Shown here piece by piece: positions 59,929-64,000 of a stretch of DNA of 64,000 nt. A program made the position numbers and the translations under genes. The first letter of the stretch is position 1, and each line of letters opens with the position of its first letter. The stretch is from a virus (taxonomy: Duplodnaviria; Caudoviricetes): positions 32,001 through 96,000 of the IMG/VR virus record IMGVR_UViG_3300028048_001497, one strand, 5' to 3'. Below the pieces are notes generated by a model. The model had not been told where the DNA came from and searched no databases. It saw only the letters and a program-made list of their open reading frames with translations.

Positions 59929-61353
59929 TTGACATCTTTCCCCACCTAAAGAGGTGGGGGATTCCTACTTCTTTGACCGTAGCGTATGCGGTGAAACCGC
60001 ATGAGGTATGGCGTAGCCATGCCTTTGGTACGTCTTACACAATCTCCATAGGCTTAGTTTTATACTGATTCCGCAAGCCCTGCGGTACAGTTTTTATATG
60101 GTTTAGGCTACTGAAAGTAGCCTTTTACCTTCTTTTAAGATATTTATGCTTGCGTTTATATCTCGGTCATGCGTAGCATGACATTTCGGACATTCCCATT
60201 CTCTGATTGACAAATCTTTTACTTTTAGATTTTTATATCCACAAGAACTACAAATCTGAGAACTAGGAAAGAAAGTATCTACCTTTACTACTTGGCAATT
60301 GCATTGCCATTTTGCTTTGTATTCAAGCATAGTAACAAATTTATTCCATGAAGAATCCTGAATACTTTTAGCTAATCTATGATTTTTTACCATATTTTTG
60401 ATTTTTAAATTTTCAATAGCTATGACTTGGTTTTCATCTACTATCTTTCTTGAAAATTTGTGAAAGAAATCATTTTTAAAATTGGTAATTTTTTCATATT
60501 GAATAGCTAATTTAATTCTTCTTTTTTCATGGTTTTGAGATTTAGGCATTGTTCTTGAAAATTGTTTTTGCAATCTTTTTAATTTCTTTTCAAGTTTTTT
60601 AATATGCTCTGTGTCCATGTGGTACTTCGTACCGTTGGACAGGATAGCAAAATCTTTAATACCCAAATCAATGCCAACTTCGTTGGTTTGTGAGACACCG
60701 TAGGTGTCTTTTTCTTCCACAAGAAGTGAAACAAAATACTTATTAGATGGTGTCTTTGACACGGTAGCATTTTTGATTATTCCATTGAAGAATCTACTCT
60801 GCCTTACTTTTACAAGAGTTTTGAGTTTAGGCAAGCGTAGCTTGCTATTCTCAAATCTCACATTATTATTTGTTGTAGAAGTAGTATAAGAATTCATTCC
60901 ATGTTTTTTATGAAATTTTGGAAATCCTGCTCTTTTTTCAAAGAAATTTTTATAAGCGGTTTGCAACCGCTTTGCAGACCAAAACAACGAATTTGAATCA
61001 CTCAATTTCAACCATTTATATTCAGGATATTTTTTTAAATCTGTAATGTGTTTTGTCATTTGAGAAAAATTCATAGATTTCTTTTCATTTTGCCAAAGGT
61101 CTTTTCTAAGACCTAACAAATGATTGTAAACAAATCTACAATTCCCAATGTTTTGGTCAAAAAATTGTTTTTGTTCTTCATTAGGATATAATCTAAATTT
61201 GTATGCTTTTAGCATTTTGTTTCACCTCCTTTGATTTAATTGTATCACTATTTGCAAAAATAGTCAAGAGTTGATATTGGTCATCCCCCACTTTCGTTAC
61301 TCGGTAGCCTAACGGCTACCTCGTAGCTTAGAAGTGGGGGACTTCACTGACGT
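59929..61353 (-). mobile_element. non-autonomous IS200/IS605-family element, tnpB only
   Basis: The minus-strand right end reads ...GATGTCAA after the hairpin at 59940-59959. Left-end hairpin at 61285-61340; left end preceded by TTTAA. Confidence 0.85.
60103..61215 (-). CDS. tnpB: RNA-guided endonuclease TnpB
   Basis: [38 protein letters not shown]. Confidence 0.95.
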   Translation of the reverse strand: MLKAYKFRLYPNEEQKQFFDQNIGNCRFVYNHLLGLRKDLWQNEKKSMNFSQMTKHITDLKKYPEYKWLKLSDSNSLFWSAKRLQTAYKNFFEKRAGFPKFHKKHGMNSYTTSTTNNNVRFENSKLRLPKLKTLVKVRQSRFFNGIIKNATVSKTPSNKYFVSLLVEEKDTYGVSQTNEVGIDLGIKDFAILSNGTKYHMDTEHIKKLEKKLKRLQKQFSRTMPKSQNHEKRRIKLAIQYEKITNFKNDFFHKFSRKIVDENQVIAIENLKIKNMVKNHRLAKSIQDSSWNKFVTMLEYKAKWQCNCQVVKVDTFFPSSQICSSCGYKNLKVKDLSIREWECPKCHATHDRDINASINILKEGKRLLSVA

Positions 61354-61871
61354 TTAAAAAAAAGAAAAAAATAAATAAAATAACAAAAGAACTATTATCA
61401 TATGATGATTATAAAAATGAAATTATATCAATTTCGACAAGAAAAAATTTTAACAATTTAATTGGACAAAAATTTGGAGCACTCACAGTTGTTGCAAGAT
61501 TAACAAATAAAAAAGGGAAAATAAGATGGTTATGTAGGTGCGATTGTGGAAACTATTGTGATAAATTAGGAAATAGTTTAACAACAAATCATACCACTTC
61601 TTGTGGATGTAAGATTAATCGAATCGGAATTACATCAATAAATAAAGAAGAATATACCGTGTGGAATAATATAAAACAATGGTGTAATAATAAAAATAAT
61701 CCTAAATACAAATACTATGGTGAAAAAGGAATTTCTATATGTAAACAATGGGAAAGTAGTTTTGAAACATTTTTAAATGATGTTGGGAACAAACCAAAAA
61801 ATTCGATTTTTTGTAGGAAAAATGAATTTGGCAATTTCACAAAAGAAAATTGTTATTGGAAGGTAATATAA

Positions 61872-62900
61872 ATGCCGAATATTATTGATTTAACGAATCA
61901 AAGATTTGGAAATTTAACAGTTATTTGTAGAGCGAAAGGAAAAAATAATCGTGCTTATTGGTTATGTAAATGTGATTGTGGTAATGAAAAAATTATTAAT
62001 GGTGCTAATTTAATTCATCAAAAAACAAAAACTTGTGGAAATTGTAAAATAAAAGATATTCCTTCAAAGGGAACATATGGTATTCATTCTGTTTTTCATA
62101 CATTGGAAGAATGGAGTGACATCACAGGATTATCTGTTGATGATGTAAAAGAATGTTTTGAAAATCATATTTCGTTTCTTGATTTTATGAAAAACAATCA
62201 AACAATAGATGAAACAGGTAAAAAATATGGTCATTTGACAGTATTAAAAAGAGTAAAAAATGATAAATATAATCGTGCTTGTTGGTTGTGTAAATGCGAT
62301 TGTGGAAATGAAATAGTTGTAGAAGGTGCGCAATTAAGAAATGGTCATTATATATCATGTGGATGTGAAAAAAATAAGAAACTAAAAGAATTATCACGGA
62401 CGCATGGATTATCAAATACATCAACATATCAATCTTGGTTAGGAATGAAAAGTAGATGTTACAATAAAAAAAATCCTAGATATAAACATTATGGTGGCAG
62501 AGGAATTGTTGTTTGTGAACAATGGAAAAATAATTTTCAACAATTTGTAAATGATATGGGAGAAAAGCCAAATTCTAGTTATTCAATTGATAGAATAGAT
62601 GTGGATGGCAACTATGAACCGTATAATTGCAGATGGGCAACTAGCATACAACAAGCTAATAACAAACAAAATTCAAATCATAATTATAAAAATAAATTAA
62701 AAATAATTTATTTAAACATTAAATCAAACAAAAATATGCTAGGATGGGCAACATTTATTGAATTTTATCAAGATATGCTAAAATCTTATGTTGAACATTG
62801 TGAAAAATATGGAGAAAAGAACACATTTATCAATAGAATAAATAAATCAAATGGTTTTTCAAAAGAAAATTGTTATTGGGGGTGCGCTTCGGAATTATGA
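61872..62900 (+). CDS. HNH-type homing endonuclease-like protein
   Basis: Two (F/Y)G.LTV..WLCKCDCG modules; MKSRCY..YGGRGI..SIDRIDVDGNYEPYNCRWA. Confidence 0.85.
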   Translation: MPNIIDLTNQRFGNLTVICRAKGKNNRAYWLCKCDCGNEKIINGANLIHQKTKTCGNCKIKDIPSKGTYGIHSVFHTLEEWSDITGLSVDDVKECFENHISFLDFMKNNQTIDETGKKYGHLTVLKRVKNDKYNRACWLCKCDCGNEIVVEGAQLRNGHYISCGCEKNKKLKELSRTHGLSNTSTYQSWLGMKSRCYNKKNPRYKHYGGRGIVVCEQWKNNFQQFVNDMGEKPNSSYSIDRIDVDGNYEPYNCRWATSIQQANNKQNSNHNYKNKLKIIYLNIKSNKNMLGWATFIEFYQDMLKSYVEHCEKYGEKNTFINRINKSNGFSKENCYWGCASEL

Positions 62901-63295
62901 AAAAAGATGTTTTGTAAGACCTAGAAAATTTGGTTCAAAGTATATATAATAAATTTGATATACAAATACCTAGTATTGAATATTATAAATTACTAAGAGA
63001 TTTAAACATTACAATTAAATACAAAAGCAATATAGATATTTTGTATGATAATTGTATTCAAAAACATGACGAAAGTTATATATTTTTAATTTGTAATAGA
63101 ATTGGGAAACATCAGGAAAATTTTGATATAGTTAGAATGATAGGAAATATTATTTTAGATGTTCCATATAATACTAGAGATTTTAATTTAGAAAATTTAA
63201 TTTCTCATTTTGCCATTATGTATTTAGTACCAAAAAATACCATTCAAAAAAATACAAATATTAAATTAGTAAGCGAGAAGTTTGTGCTAGAATAA
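62897..63295 (+). pseudogene. degenerate ImmA/IrrE-like metallopeptidase
   Basis: ENFDIVRMIGNI and SHFAIMYLVP mirror RFT.AHELGH and AN.FA..LL.P but HExxH is lost. The coupled ATG at 62897 meets an in-frame TAA at codon 7. Confidence 0.45.
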
Positions 63296-63342
63296 AAATT
63301 GTTGAATCTGAACTATAAATTTGTTTGAAAGGAAATCATATT

Positions 63343-64000
63343 ATGGAAAAAATCGTTGATTTTGTTCAACCAAAAGGGAAATGGGAATTTAACGAAGAAG
63401 TGGCAAAATGTTTTGATAATATGCTAGAGCGTTCTATTCCTGATTATAATAATATGAGAAAGTTAGAAAAACTCATTGTTAAAAATTCAATACCAGATAA
63501 AAACACAATGTTAGATATTGGTTGTTCAAATGGTATTAATATTGATGATTTTTGTAATGATATGAAATGTTATGGTATTGATGTAAGTGAACCAATGTTG
63601 CAACAAGCTAGAAACAGATTTATTAAAAATAAAAATGTAACTATTGAAAAATATAATATTATTGATGGTTTAAATACTTTGTGTGGTAAATTTGGTTTGG
63701 ACGGATTTGATGTAATTACTTCTGTTTTAACCGTTCAATTTACTCCCATTGAATATAGACAATCTATTTTATCCGATATTTATAATCATTTAAATAAAAA
63801 TGGTGTTTTTATCTTTGTTGAAAAGATTTTGGGTTCTGATAATGTAATTAATAATATGTTAGTAAAATCATATTATGATATAAAATCAGATAATGGATAT
63901 AGTTATGATGCTATTCATAGAAAGAAAAAATCTTTAGAAGGGGTATTAGTTCCTGTTACATCGAATTGGAATAAAGATTTATTGAAACAGGCAGGATTTA
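63343..64000 (+). CDS. CmoA-like class I SAM-dependent protein (3'-truncated by window edge; not in ORF track)
   Basis: WEFNEEVAKCFDNMLERSIPDY, LDIGCSNG, FVEK, NGYSYDAIHRKKKSLEGVL..LKQAGF match the CmoA (carboxy-SAM synthase) pattern. Confidence 0.8.
   Translation, partial: MEKIVDFVQPKGKWEFNEEVAKCFDNMLERSIPDYNNMRKLEKLIVKNSIPDKNTMLDIGCSNGINIDDFCNDMKCYGIDVSEPMLQQARNRFIKNKNVTIEKYNIIDGLNTLCGKFGLDGFDVITSVLTVQFTPIEYRQSILSDIYNHLNKNGVFIFVEKILGSDNVINNMLVKSYYDIKSDNGYSYDAIHRKKKSLEGVLVPVTSNWNKDLLKQAGF

Larger units (their letters stand above)
59589..61871 (+). pseudogene. HNH-type homing endonuclease-like gene interrupted by a TnpB element
   Basis: The 5' half (FGDLTV..WLCRCSCG..SCGC..RCYN..YGGRGI..WNSFEE) rejoins in frame with the 3' half (FKKK..FGALTV..WLCRCDCG..) when 59929..61353 is removed. 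Confidence 0.8.

Noticed and set aside
59929-60068. C-terminal extension of ORF 59547..60068
   Set aside because: Read-through into the IS right end, not a genuine protein tail.
59929-61353. IStron (self-splicing intron-IS hybrid), since excision restores the frame
   Set aside because: The element is antisense to the host gene and has only ~140-175 nt non-coding ends, too short for a group I intron; frame restoration is expected for any precise insertion.
28811-63295. TAA read-through as Gln (in-frame TAA at 28811, 62915, 63293)
   Set aside because: TAA is the main stop codon in the window, there is no paralogue support, and decay or homopolymer indels explain these sites.
1-64000. tRNA/rRNA genes, CRISPR arrays, reverse transcriptase or diversity-generating retroelement
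   Set aside because: None recognised by eye; a tRNAscan/Infernal run would be needed to exclude small RNAs.

Overview
This is an AT-rich, almost entirely + strand segment of a large contractile-tailed (jumbo myovirus-like) phage genome with Firmicutes-type signals (GGAG/GGTG RBS, TTGACA-17-TATAAT promoters). Core virion genes are a decoration protein plus a short HK97-type major capsid protein (2.3-3.7 kb; the layout recalls Bacillus/Lysinibacillus phage G gp26/gp27, from memory), neck/Ig-like proteins, a tail sheath and two tail-tube paralogues (50-59 kb). Between them lies an unusually rich modification toolkit. It includes two cassettes that each pair two radical SAM/SPASM enzymes with a large protein ending in a Cys-rich tail (21.7-25.5 kb and 35.6-40.2 kb). 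It also has a GT8/GT4/GT2 + carbamoyltransferase + two more radical SAM cluster, two DegT aminotransferases, a UDP-sugar dehydrogenase, IbrA/IbrB-like genes, a rearranged dimeric dUTPase/dCTPase and a CmoA-like protein. About seven free-standing homing endonucleases are present, and two TnpB-only IS200/IS605 elements have each inserted into one of them next to a TTTAA motif. The best candidate for an undescribed system is radical-SAM (thioether-type) maturation, possibly with glycosylation, of Cys-rich phage fibre/virion proteins. Other signals are a repeated intergenic motif TATTT-N6-TAG (putative phage promoter), a lone in-frame TAG that aligns with Gln in a paralogue, and a shared basic [KR]-x-x-A motif in acidic proteins. 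All product calls are from motif recognition only; no searches were run.
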